Shown: positions 9,258 to 18,550 of the stretch, piece by piece | How positions within the stretch are numbered: the stretch's first letter is position 1 | Layout: each line of letters opens with the position of its first letter | From: Candidatus Latescibacterota bacterium | GTDB lineage: Bacteria > Latescibacterota > UBA2968 > UBA8231 | Assembly: GCA_965219385.1 (NCBI GenBank) | Contig: CBDCNM010000001.1 | Location: 794,631-858,630, forward strand | DNA length: 64,000 bases | Direction: 5' to 3' | The notes under the pieces: model-generated | Databases searched by the model: none | Told to the model about the DNA's origin: nothing | The model's input: only the letters and a program-made list of their open reading frames with translations | Translations under genes and position numbers: made by a program

Positions 9258-10028
9258 ATGGATCTTGGGCTCAAAGGCAAGATAGCACTGGTTACAGGAG
9301 CAAGTCGGGGGATTGGCAACCGGATCGCCCTATCACTGGCCGCGGAAGGCGCCGATCTTTGTATCTGCGCCCGCAACCAGGAAGGCGTCCTGGCCGCAGC
9401 CGCGGCCATAGAGGAAAAGGGGGGTAATGTCGAAGCCTTGGTGGCAGACGCCACCAACCCCGATGACGCAGAGCTCTTGGTAGAAAAAACTCAGGAGCGC
9501 TTTGGCGGACTCGACATTCTGATAAATAACGTTGGTGGTTCGGTGTGGACCCCCTTCGTGCGGATCAGCGACGAGGAATGGCTACGCGTTTTTAACCTGA
9601 GCTTTTTTTCCGCGGTGCGCGTCAGCCGAGCGGCCATGCCCATCATGGAAGAGCGGAGGGGGGGCAACATTATCAATATTTCTTCCATATTCGGACGCGA
9701 AACAGGCGGTCCGATTTCCTACAATGCCGCCAAGGCCGCGATGATCAGCATGACTTCGAATCTGGCCCAGGAGGCTGCCGCAAAGAACATCCGGGTAAAT
9801 ACCGTGGCCCCGGGTTCGATCCTCTTTCCCGGGGGCAGCTGGGAACGGCGTATGAAGGAAGATCCCGAGAAGATCCAGGCCTTTATGGAGGCCAATATCC
9901 CCTTTGGGCGTTTTGGCGCGCCCGAAGAGGTGGCCGATGTAGTGGCCTTTCTGGCTTCGGAACGGGCGAGCTGGGTGACCGGGGCCTGCCTCAATGTGGA
10001 CGGAGGGCAGTCCAGGTCACAAATTTAG
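9258..10028 (+). CDS. SDR-family oxidoreductase
   Basis: TGASRGIG, NNVG, YNAAK catalytic motif. Confidence 0.93.
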   Translation: MDLGLKGKIALVTGASRGIGNRIALSLAAEGADLCICARNQEGVLAAAAAIEEKGGNVEALVADATNPDDAELLVEKTQERFGGLDILINNVGGSVWTPFVRISDEEWLRVFNLSFFSAVRVSRAAMPIMEERRGGNIINISSIFGRETGGPISYNAAKAAMISMTSNLAQEAAAKNIRVNTVAPGSILFPGGSWERRMKEDPEKIQAFMEANIPFGRFGAPEEVADVVAFLASERASWVTGACLNVDGGQSRSQI

Positions 10029-10058
10029 GGCCCTTGGTAAAAGGAGGGAGACGGTAAA

Positions 10059-11264
10059 TTGGAGCAGGTGGGGGGGGGAAAGAGAATATCCTGGGTGGTT
10101 TTGTCCGTCCTCCTGGTCACTAGTGCCGGCTTTGCAACCCAGGGTGAAACCCTGCGGTGGCGGCGTGAGTACAACCAGGTCGTCGCCGGCATAGACACCC
10201 TGGAGCGGCTGTATGGGGGCGCTCACCTGGATCGTCTTGGGGGGATGCGGCCCCCGACCGAGCTGGTGCCCGCGGGCATGCAGCTGATGCTCATTTTCTG
10301 GGCCGACGACGAAGCCGAGGTTTTTTTGAATGGGTTTCGCGTTAGCGAGACGCGCCTGACTCCGATACAGGTTGAAATTCCCGAACTGTACCTGCGCCAA
10401 CAGAACCTGCTGCGGGTCCACTGCTGGGATACCGACCGGGTGGAGAGCGGATTTATGGCCGGACTCTATCTCAGGGATGATCGGGGGGGCTTGCGCCCCA
10501 TCCTGGTATCCGGAGAGAGAGGTTGGGGGGCAGGGGAGAAACCAGCCCAGGAGATTTACTACAATCACCAGCAACCGGACATTCCAGGGGCCCGGGTTAT
10601 CTGGGGGGAGAAACTTTTCGGCGAGATCTGGCTGGAAGCCGGTTTCGGGGCAGAGGCCCTGCGCCGGGCCGCCCAAGCTCTTTCCACGGCCGCACCCAAT
10701 CTGGAGATGCAGGAGCGGCCCATGCAGGTCCACCAAGTCGTCGGCAGGTTGGTGCGTCTGCAGCAGCGGCGCGAGGAACTGAGCCGAGCCCTGGAAAGCC
10801 AGCGGTTGCACTCCGATCCAGAGGGGGCCTACCGGGGATATGTCAGGACGCGGTTGGCCTTTACCCTGGGACAAGCTGCCCCCCTGAGCGAGGCGCAAGG
10901 TATAACCACCTCGGAGCAGCTGCACGAGTGGGCCAACACCCTGCCCGAGCACCACAAACAATTGATTTTCCGGGAGAAAAGAACACTGAAAGGTACCAGC
11001 GCCGCGACGCCGGCAAAAGCCTTCGAAGGAGGGGAGCGCGGTCTGGAAGACCGCCGCACCGACTATCGCCCCCCCCCGGAGCGAGGGCAGGGTGGCAAGG
11101 GGCAGGGACCGGGCGCTGGCCCGGGTGCCAGGAGGGGAGCCGTAGCTGTAAAACGCGGGTTTGAATGGGATCTTCTGACCCTTGTAATAGGGCTGGCGTT
11201 TTATATCGGCGTGGCCGGACGGCAGTGGTGGAAGGTGTTTGGTGGAAAGGATTGGAAGCCTTGA
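10059..11264 (+). CDS. Hypothetical exported protein with jelly-roll-like segment, coiled coil and C-terminal membrane anchor
   Basis: Signal-like N-terminus, ADDEAEVFLNG motif, Gly/Pro-rich linker, C-terminal TM helix; AGGAGG upstream of TTG. Confidence 0.65.
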   Translation: MEQVGGGKRISWVVLSVLLVTSAGFATQGETLRWRREYNQVVAGIDTLERLYGGAHLDRLGGMRPPTELVPAGMQLMLIFWADDEAEVFLNGFRVSETRLTPIQVEIPELYLRQQNLLRVHCWDTDRVESGFMAGLYLRDDRGGLRPILVSGERGWGAGEKPAQEIYYNHQQPDIPGARVIWGEKLFGEIWLEAGFGAEALRRAAQALSTAAPNLEMQERPMQVHQVVGRLVRLQQRREELSRALESQRLHSDPEGAYRGYVRTRLAFTLGQAAPLSEAQGITTSEQLHEWANTLPEHHKQLIFREKRTLKGTSAATPAKAFEGGERGLEDRRTDYRPPPERGQGGKGQGPGAGPGARRGAVAVKRGFEWDLLTLVIGLAFYIGVAGRQWWKVFGGKDWKP

Positions 11265-12040
11265 GCTGGTTACCGGTCCTGGCGGGCATTCTACTCGTAG
11301 TGGCGAGCGGGGTAAGCGGAAGCCTGGCCCTGCTTTACCGGGGTTATAAGATGCGCCAGTACGAGCAGGCCTACGGTCTCACCACCCCCTACCTCCAGCA
11401 CATATCCGGTGGAATCGGCGCCATCATGGGTTTGATCATCGGAGGAATCGCGGTTTACTACCTGTCGCTGAACCAGCAGGCCAGCCTGATCGAGTGGATC
11501 GGTCGCTTCTCCTATGTCCTGGTCACTGCGGCCAGTGGGGGACACCTCCTGGTGCTGGTACACACCGCTTTTCACTTGGTGCGCGAGGAACTGGCCTGGA
11601 AAAAGCGCGGCCCCGAAAAGGACACCCTGGGTGGGCGGCGGGTCAATGGCTTCAAACAGTTGAGCCGTCAGCACCAGCACTACATCGACCGCAGGTTCCG
11701 GGACGAAGCGGTCGTGGAGGAACTCATAGGGGTCCTGGGCAATGCCTTGCTGGCGACGCGCCGCAACCTCAACCGCCTGCCGTTCTACGGGTACCTGGGG
11801 ACCATCTGCGGCATCCTGCTGATGGCAGAAGAACTGAGTAAAATCAACGAGGCGACCGAGACCTTTAAGGTGCTCAGCTCCATGGCCCATGGTCTGGTGC
11901 TGGCCTTTCAGACTACCCTGGTCGCTCTTGCGGCCTACCTGCCGTTGCGCAAGGCCACGGACTATCTGATCCAGCGCCTGGGGGCCTTGGAGGACGACTG
12001 GATCAAGTTGCGGGAAGAGTGGGGAGAGGTGGGGGAATGA
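11252..12040 (+). CDS. MotA/TolQ/ExbB proton-channel family protein
   Basis: LPFYGYLGTICG and GLVLAFQTTLVAL motifs; extra N-terminal TM helices; start uncertain. Confidence 0.7.
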   Translation: MEALSWLPVLAGILLVVASGVSGSLALLYRGYKMRQYEQAYGLTTPYLQHISGGIGAIMGLIIGGIAVYYLSLNQQASLIEWIGRFSYVLVTAASGGHLLVLVHTAFHLVREELAWKKRGPEKDTLGGRRVNGFKQLSRQHQHYIDRRFRDEAVVEELIGVLGNALLATRRNLNRLPFYGYLGTICGILLMAEELSKINEATETFKVLSSMAHGLVLAFQTTLVALAAYLPLRKATDYLIQRLGALEDDWIKLREEWGEVGE

Positions 12041-12456
12041 GCCGGTTCCTCCGACGGTGGGAAGAGGACGCCGAAGAGCACGATGTCAGCAAGGAGCTCT
12101 TCCTCGGCATCATGATGCTCATGCTGTGCCTGGGGATCATGATCCTCAACGTAGCCCAGCCGGTGTGGCGGGTGCACCAGCACGATCCGGAGGAGGGAGA
12201 TTTGGTGGTGGTGTACACCGCCGAGGGCATGGGGCTCTCCAAAGACGGTTACACCATTGCCAAGAGGTTGACCGAGTATGATTTCAAGCGTCTGGTGCGA
12301 GGCCTGATCAGCAGGCCCAACGTCGATCTGCACCTGATTCGCCGGGGCGGCAGCGGCGAGCGCATGGTCAATCACGCGGCCTATGCCGACTCGCTGCTGT
12401 CCACGGATTTGCAGGGCAATAAGGTGCGGCCGGCGGTATACATCCACAAGTGGTAG
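12037..12456 (+). CDS. ExbD/TolR-like single-pass membrane protein
   Basis: ATGA overlap with the ExbB-like gene; charged N-tail, one TM helix, small soluble domain. Confidence 0.55.
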   Translation: MSRFLRRWEEDAEEHDVSKELFLGIMMLMLCLGIMILNVAQPVWRVHQHDPEEGDLVVVYTAEGMGLSKDGYTIAKRLTEYDFKRLVRGLISRPNVDLHLIRRGGSGERMVNHAAYADSLLSTDLQGNKVRPAVYIHKW

Positions 12457-12513
12457 AAAAAGATAGGGCGTCCGGCAAACCGGGCGGCCTGGTTGATTTT
12501 CCACCTGAGGATT

Positions 12514-13347
12514 TCATTCTTTCATCACCACAAGCACATCCATACCGGCCAGAAGCTCGTTGGTGAAGGTAAGGCTTACCAGATCGTTGTCGCTGTTTTC
12601 CTGGTAGTCTTCGCCGTTACTGAGCGAGCCGTAGTGATCGACCACGGTCGCGAACTTGCCGTCCAGGACCAGGGCCTCGCCGATGGGTATTTTGTGCACC
12701 ATGGAGTCGGAGGGATTGAGCTTTTTGACCAGCTTGTAGGATTTGCGAAAGCCACGGCCGAAGGGCCGGGAGGTCTTGAGGTAACCATTCTCTTTGAGGA
12801 AATCCTCGGTCGCGGTGAGGACGCGCACCTCGAACTGGGCTCTCCTGAGGTCTTCGAGATCGTCCTGGGTCTGAGCCAGATCCATTTCGAGCCGGCGTAT
12901 ATGGCCGCTCTGGCGCCGGATACTGGTATGGGCATCCAACAGGGCGGTATTGAGGCTGTCGGCTTCGGAGCGCAACTGGGCGATGGTCTGCCGGTCGGCC
13001 TGTTTTTCGACTTGCAGGCGCTGAATTTTGGCTGCCAGTTCCTTGTTTTTGCGTTGTTGTTCGGTGTAGAGTTTTCTGAATTTCCTCACTTCTTTGTTGA
13101 GGTTCTGGACCTTGGCCAGTAGTTTATCGTCTACGCGCTGGAGGCTGTCGGCCCGGGCCCGCGCCTCGTCGAGCAAGAGATTGACGGAATCCACCTGGTA
13201 GTTCAGCGAGTCCATGGTGGAACTGGCCATGGCCAAATCCCCCTGAAGTTCGGCGATCATGAGCTGTTCTTCGTCCTCGCCGCAGGAGGTCAGAGCAAAG
13301 GAAAAAAAGAAAAAAAAGATCGGGGAAAGGACCTTGTTTTGCCGCAT
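12514..13347 (-). CDS. Hypothetical coiled-coil lipoprotein
   Basis: Lipobox-like LTSC after a hydrophobic stretch; long heptad region; beta-rich C-terminus. Confidence 0.7.
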   Translation of the reverse strand: MRQNKVLSPIFFFFFSFALTSCGEDEEQLMIAELQGDLAMASSTMDSLNYQVDSVNLLLDEARARADSLQRVDDKLLAKVQNLNKEVRKFRKLYTEQQRKNKELAAKIQRLQVEKQADRQTIAQLRSEADSLNTALLDAHTSIRRQSGHIRRLEMDLAQTQDDLEDLRRAQFEVRVLTATEDFLKENGYLKTSRPFGRGFRKSYKLVKKLNPSDSMVHKIPIGEALVLDGKFATVVDHYGSLSNGEDYQENSDNDLVSLTFTNELLAGMDVLVVMKE

Positions 13348-13383
13348 GATATAGAATGCTCCTGGTCTAAGAGTTCAGAGGGA

Positions 13384-14154
13384 TTATTTCTTTTTCCAAT
13401 AGTAAAGGCTGTCGACTTTGGACCGGGTCGGCGCCAGGTCTTCGCGCAGGATCTTGAGACTGCGGGCCAGGGCGTCGACCTTCTGGGCATTCAAATCCTG
13501 GACCTGTTGGGCGGTGTTGACCTTGCCCAGCAGGCTGTTTTGCTGGGTCTGCAGACGGGCTGTCTGCGCGTTCAGCTTGCTGGTTTCTTCCTGGATTGAA
13601 GCCAGTTGTTTTTGCATGTTCTGAGTGGCGCGCTGGTGCGAACCGAGAAGGTCCTGGATCTTCTGGTATCGGGTTTCTTCCTTTTGCAGGCGCTCTTCGA
13701 GTTTTTTGTTCTGCTCGGCCTGGTACCGGTGCCGGGCCTTGCGTTCGTTGGCCACCACCTGTTCGAGTTTTTGGTACTCGTCGACTTTCTGGGCAAGCTC
13801 TTCCCGGGTGCGGTTGTGATCGGCCTTTTCGTGCTGCAGGTTGGAGCGAATCTGAAATTCAGAGGCGGTCAGGCCGGCCTTTTCCTCAAGCTGAGTCAGC
13901 ATTCTGTTGCTCAGCTCATTGAGTTGTTGGGTAACCGCCTTTATTTGCTTTTCCATGTCGAGACGATGTTGTTTCTGGCGCTCCTGGATGGTGACCAGGA
14001 CCAGCCCCATGACCAGACCGGCCACCAGGGTGGCGTAGGCGCCCAAGCTGAGGATGTGCTTGCGTTCGAAGAGGTCTACGAGTTTGAGCAGGCCCAGGAT
14101 CCCACCCCAGAGCAGAATGAGACCTGCCACGATTGCTGCGATAATAGTGGTCAC
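13384..14154 (-). CDS. Hypothetical membrane-anchored coiled-coil protein
   Basis: Two N-terminal TM helices, then Q/E/K-rich coiled coil; GAGGA RBS before GTG. Confidence 0.7.
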   Translation of the reverse strand: MTTIIAAIVAGLILLWGGILGLLKLVDLFERKHILSLGAYATLVAGLVMGLVLVTIQERQKQHRLDMEKQIKAVTQQLNELSNRMLTQLEEKAGLTASEFQIRSNLQHEKADHNRTREELAQKVDEYQKLEQVVANERKARHRYQAEQNKKLEERLQKEETRYQKIQDLLGSHQRATQNMQKQLASIQEETSKLNAQTARLQTQQNSLLGKVNTAQQVQDLNAQKVDALARSLKILREDLAPTRSKVDSLYYWKKK

Positions 14155-14329
14155 GAGGTTTTCCTCATGTGGCGCTACTCGGCGGGATTGCGAGGACGTG
14201 GACTCTAAGATAATATAAAAAGGTCGGAGGGCGCAAACCTCGGGGCGAGAAGATCCGCGGAAAACCGGCCTACAGAGAGGTGTTTGAGGTTAATTTAGCC
14301 CTAAAACAAAACACAAGGAGTGAAAGGGT

Positions 14330-15370
14330 GTGAAACGACGTATTGCCTGTATCGATGGTTCTGGCAGAGGGGTATGTCGGGAGGAGGAGGTACCTAGGCT
14401 GGCGGCCGGCCAGGTGCTGGTGGAGGTAAAGGCTTCGATGATCAGCCCGGGTTCAGAGCTGGGTGGGCTGGGTGCTCTGCGGCGAAACCCCGATCCAGCG
14501 CGGGCTCTGCGTCCCTTCGGGTACACCAACGCCGGGGTGGTCCAGTCCCTGGGCCAAGGAGTCGACCAGTTCAAGGTCGGGCAACGATTGGCCTGTATGG
14601 GCGGGGGCTACGCGCTGCACGCGGACTATGCCTGTGTGCCGCAAAACCTGTGTGCGGCCATGCCCGAGGGGTTATCCTTCGAGGAAGCCGCTTCGGTGCA
14701 CCTGGCCGCGACGGCGCTGCACGCCCTGCGCAGGACGCAACCCCTCTTCGGCGAAAACGGCATGGTCATGGGGTTGGGGGTGGTGGGACAGCTTTGCGCT
14801 CAGTTTGGCTTGGCATCGGGGTGCCATGTGATGGGCGTGGATCGCTTTCCCCTGCGGCTGGAACGGGCGCGCCGGGCCGGTATTGAGTTGACGGTCCAGG
14901 CCGGAAAAGAGGACCCGGTGGAAAGCGCCCGGGCATACGCTCAGGGGTACGGGATGGATTTCGGCATCATCGCCTTTGGGGGCGAAGCTTCCGAGGCCTT
15001 CGAGCAGATCTTCCAGAGCCTAAAGATGGCCCCGGACGGGCACTGCATGGGGCGAATTACCATCGTCGGCGGGGCCGATATCGCCCACCGTTTCGCTTCG
15101 GGCCTGGGGAATGTGGACGTGCGCAGTGCGGCCCGCACCGGCCCCGGGTACCACGACGAGACCTACGAGCACGGCGGTTCCTACTCTCCGGTCTTTGTGG
15201 AGTGGCCCACGCAGCGCAATATGGAAGAGAGTCTGCGGGCCATGGCCGATGGTCGGCTGAAGCTCGGGCCCCTGATCAGCCACGTAATCGAGCTGGCGCG
15301 CATCGAGGAGGCCGTGGATGTGCTGGTCGAGGAGCCGCAGAATGCCCTGGGAGTTGTTTTGCAACCCTAG
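14330..15370 (+). CDS. MDR-family (zinc-binding alcohol dehydrogenase-like) oxidoreductase
   Basis: SMISPGSE, FGYTNAGVV, GLGVVG Rossmann motif. Confidence 0.85.
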   Translation: MKRRIACIDGSGRGVCREEEVPRLAAGQVLVEVKASMISPGSELGGLGALRRNPDPARALRPFGYTNAGVVQSLGQGVDQFKVGQRLACMGGGYALHADYACVPQNLCAAMPEGLSFEEAASVHLAATALHALRRTQPLFGENGMVMGLGVVGQLCAQFGLASGCHVMGVDRFPLRLERARRAGIELTVQAGKEDPVESARAYAQGYGMDFGIIAFGGEASEAFEQIFQSLKMAPDGHCMGRITIVGGADIAHRFASGLGNVDVRSAARTGPGYHDETYEHGGSYSPVFVEWPTQRNMEESLRAMADGRLKLGPLISHVIELARIEEAVDVLVEEPQNALGVVLQP

Positions 15371-15373
15371 AGC

Positions 15374-16117
15374 CTAGATCGGCTCCCCGGTGACCAGGTT
15401 GTGAGGGCCATCCTCGGAAAAGGTGCGCGGGGGTCTGTCGATTTTCTCTCCAGCCATCATCTGGCGCAGGATGGCCGCCACGCCGGCGACCACCGGCTCG
15501 ATGAGTTTTCCCCCTTTTTCGCGCGTGCCCAAAGCCGCGACCTCGTTATCCAGATCCTCAATATGGACCCGTTCAGGAGCCAGGTGAAGCATGGTGGAGG
15601 TCTCGAATTCGCAGGCGTGGCCCGGGAGTCGACGACTTTCCATCAACGACTGCACAAAGTCGTGTTCGTACACGTCCCAGTAGGATTGAAACCACAGATT
15701 GATGCCCAGCTTTTCCCGGTACTCGTAGATCCGCCGCATGAGAGGCCTTACATTGCCGCCGTGCCCGTTGAGGATGAGGATGTTTTCGACGCCCGCCCGC
15801 TGCATTGAGTGACACACGTCAAAGACGTACTCGCAGAAGATCTCCGGGCGCACGGTCAGGGTACCGATGTGTTCCATCCAGTGTTCGGATACCCCGATGC
15901 CGACCGGGGTGGTGACCACGACCTGGGGAAGCAGGCGTCTGGCCGCCTGTTCCGCCATGTAGGTACAGTGGAAAATATCGTGGATCATCTCCAGGTGTTC
16001 ATTGTGCTGTTCGGTAGCTCCGATAGGTACAATGGCGGCCTTGATGGTGCCCTGCTGCATGCGCTGGCGGAATTCCTTGCGGGTCAGGTCGCCGGTGAAG
16101 ACGCGTTCGTCGGCCAT
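15374..16117 (-). CDS. Creatininase / creatinine amidohydrolase family protein
   Basis: PIGATEQH, SEHW, NGHGGN, GHACEFETS. Confidence 0.9.
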   Translation of the reverse strand: MADERVFTGDLTRKEFRQRMQQGTIKAAIVPIGATEQHNEHLEMIHDIFHCTYMAEQAARRLLPQVVVTTPVGIGVSEHWMEHIGTLTVRPEIFCEYVFDVCHSMQRAGVENILILNGHGGNVRPLMRRIYEYREKLGINLWFQSYWDVYEHDFVQSLMESRRLPGHACEFETSTMLHLAPERVHIEDLDNEVAALGTREKGGKLIEPVVAGVAAILRQMMAGEKIDRPPRTFSEDGPHNLVTGEPI

Positions 16118-16306
16118 TACAGGCTCCTTTCGCTGTGGTTGGAGGATGGACAGGCTAGGTTAAAGCCTCTGGCAGCCGCCGTCAAGGGAGCCTTGCTTGA
16201 CAGGTTGGACGCCAGGGCTTTAGATAGGAATGGTCCCTCCCGTACAGGCTGCGAGGATGGCGCCCCACGAGGGGGCAACCCGGAGGTAGAATACGGTGCG
16301 CGTCGT

Positions 16307-16355
16307 ATGCTCAGCTTGAGTTATATCGGCCTGATCTTTGTGTTTACTGGGTATG
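16307..16355 (+). repeat. Diverged 49-bp copy of an internal part of the downstream MFS gene (17200-17248)
   Basis: 43/49 identical by manual alignment; MLSLSYIGLIFVFTGY vs MLSLSYSGLIFVFSGY. Confidence 0.85.
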
Positions 16356-16377
16356 CTCTCATCCGCCAAAGAGAGGA

Positions 16378-17592
16378 GTGCAGTTGAGGATTCCGCGCTT
16401 TGAAAATCCGCTGGCGGAGTGGAACCGGAATTTTGCCCTGGTGGCGGCGTCGGTTTTTTCGGTCGGCATATTTCTCGGGGTGACCTTCTCCCTGTTCAAT
16501 AACTTTGTCGTGGCGCGGCTGGCGATCGAGCCGCACCATTTGGGATACGTCGAGGCCCTGCGCGAGGTGCCGGGCTTTCTCAACGCCCTCTTCATCGCCC
16601 TGATGATCCGCCTGTCGCCCTCGCTGGTAGCCGGCCTGGCCCTGGTGGTCATGGGAGCGGGGGTCATGGCCTATTCCCAGATAACCTCGATCTTCAGTCT
16701 CGCCCTCTACTCGGTCATCTGGAGTATTGGTTTCCACTGCTGGATGCCTCTGGAGCAGACCCTGGCCCTGAATTTTTCCCCCGCAGGTCACAAGGGCAAG
16801 TGGCTCGGCCAGCTGGGGAGTGTAAGTGGCCTGGCCTGCCTGCTTGGCATTGGTCTGTGTCTGCTGCTGCTGCCCTACCTGGATTACGAAGGGCTCTACG
16901 TCCTGGCGGGCGGAGTTGTCGTCCTTGGAGGAGTGGCCCTCCTCCTGGTCACCCGCAATAGGACCACCAACCAGGAAAAGGGGTTCGTGTTCAAGCGGCG
17001 CTACCGGTTCTATTACGCCCTGCAATTCCTCCAGGGGTGCCGCCGGCAGATGTTTCTCACCTTTGCCATCTTCGCCTTGGTGAAGGTCCACGGCATGCCG
17101 GTGGAGACCACCATGGTGTTGATCCTGATCAATCAGGTCTTCACCACCCTGGCCGCCCCGACCATGGGCCGGCTGGTGGACCGCTGTGGGGAGCGGGTCA
17201 TGCTCAGTTTGAGCTATAGCGGCCTGATCTTTGTGTTTTCCGGGTACGGGGTGGTCGAGTACCTGCCTGCGCTCTACGTGCTCTACTGCACCGACAACCT
17301 GATTTTCTTCGGGGATATCGCCCTGACGACTTATATCCACAAGATCGCTCCGGAAGAGGATCTCAAGCCTACCTTATCCATGGGGGTGACCATGAATCAC
17401 GTGGCTGCGGTGATCGCTCCGGTGGCGGGTGGGCTGGCCTGGTATTTTTTTGGTTATCAGGTGATATTTTTCAGTGGAGCGGTCCTGGCGTTCATCTCAT
17501 TGCTGGTGACTCAGTGGATAGATCCAAAAGGCATACTGGCACAGGACGAAAAAGAGCGCGGGCTGGCCTTGCAAAGGCCGGTCTCTTCATAA
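16378..17592 (+). CDS. MFS transporter
   Basis: ~12 TM helices; motif-A-like GRLVDRCGER. Confidence 0.88.
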   Translation: MQLRIPRFENPLAEWNRNFALVAASVFSVGIFLGVTFSLFNNFVVARLAIEPHHLGYVEALREVPGFLNALFIALMIRLSPSLVAGLALVVMGAGVMAYSQITSIFSLALYSVIWSIGFHCWMPLEQTLALNFSPAGHKGKWLGQLGSVSGLACLLGIGLCLLLLPYLDYEGLYVLAGGVVVLGGVALLLVTRNRTTNQEKGFVFKRRYRFYYALQFLQGCRRQMFLTFAIFALVKVHGMPVETTMVLILINQVFTTLAAPTMGRLVDRCGERVMLSLSYSGLIFVFSGYGVVEYLPALYVLYCTDNLIFFGDIALTTYIHKIAPEEDLKPTLSMGVTMNHVAAVIAPVAGGLAWYFFGYQVIFFSGAVLAFISLLVTQWIDPKGILAQDEKERGLALQRPVSS

Positions 17593-17632
17593 GAAGGCTT
17601 CCAAGGGTTATAACTCAGAAGAAAGGAAAAAA

Positions 17633-18499
17633 ATGAAGATTGGAACGCGGTCACCTGGTTTTGCCGTTCAGATCGGTTTTGAGGCCTACGCCAACTGGCT
17701 GGCCGAGAGTGGCTTTGATGCGGTGGATACCCCGGTACTGACCCGGCAGATCGCCCGTACCTGCGAGCGTTTGGGGCTGGCCATCGGGACCTGCGATGGC
17801 CGCCAGGCAGGGCTACTGAGCGCGGATGCAGCCACCCGGAGAAAGGCCCTGAACAACCTGAAAAGGGACATCTCGGCCATTGCCCGCTACGGTGGCCATA
17901 CCTACTTTGCCGTGCTGATGCCGGACGATCAAAGCCAGTCCCGGGCCGCGACCTTCGCGATTTTCAAAAAGGTCTACCCCAGGGTGGTCGAACACGCCGA
18001 AAAGGAAGGGGTACAGATCGCCATCGAGCCCTGGCCGGGGGGCGCACCCCATTATCCCAACCTGGGTTGTACCCCGGAAAGTCTGCGTTTGATATTTGAG
18101 GAAATTCCCTCGCCCAATCTGGGGATCTGCTTTGATCCATCGCATTTTTTGCGGATCCAAGTGGACTACCTACGGCTGCTGCACGAGTTCGGCGACCGGG
18201 TCCGCCACGTGCACTTGAAGGACACCGAGATCATCGTCGAGAAGCTCTACGAATCCGGGATTCTGGGCGAGAGCCACGGTCGCACCTACGGCTTTGGTGA
18301 GGGCTGGTGGCGCTACACCATTCCCGGCGAGGGCGAGGTCGACTGGAACCTGGTCATCCGCCGGCTCGAGGAAGCTGGATACGACGGCGTCCTGAGCGTG
18401 GAGTTGGAGGATCACCATTTCTGGGCCACCCCCGAGTTGCAGAAGGAGGGCTTGCTGCGTTCCAAGGAATTCATCGAGCCTTTCCTTAAGGGCCGCTAG
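17633..18499 (+). CDS. Sugar phosphate isomerase/epimerase (xylose isomerase-like TIM barrel)
   Basis: IAIEP, CFDPSH, HVHLKD, PGEGEVDW, SVELED. Confidence 0.9.
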   Translation: MKIGTRSPGFAVQIGFEAYANWLAESGFDAVDTPVLTRQIARTCERLGLAIGTCDGRQAGLLSADAATRRKALNNLKRDISAIARYGGHTYFAVLMPDDQSQSRAATFAIFKKVYPRVVEHAEKEGVQIAIEPWPGGAPHYPNLGCTPESLRLIFEEIPSPNLGICFDPSHFLRIQVDYLRLLHEFGDRVRHVHLKDTEIIVEKLYESGILGESHGRTYGFGEGWWRYTIPGEGEVDWNLVIRRLEEAGYDGVLSVELEDHHFWATPELQKEGLLRSKEFIEPFLKGR

Positions 18500-18550
18500 A
18501 CGGCTTCTAAGGATCGCGAACCGAATAACCAAGCAGGACAGGAGCAAAGC

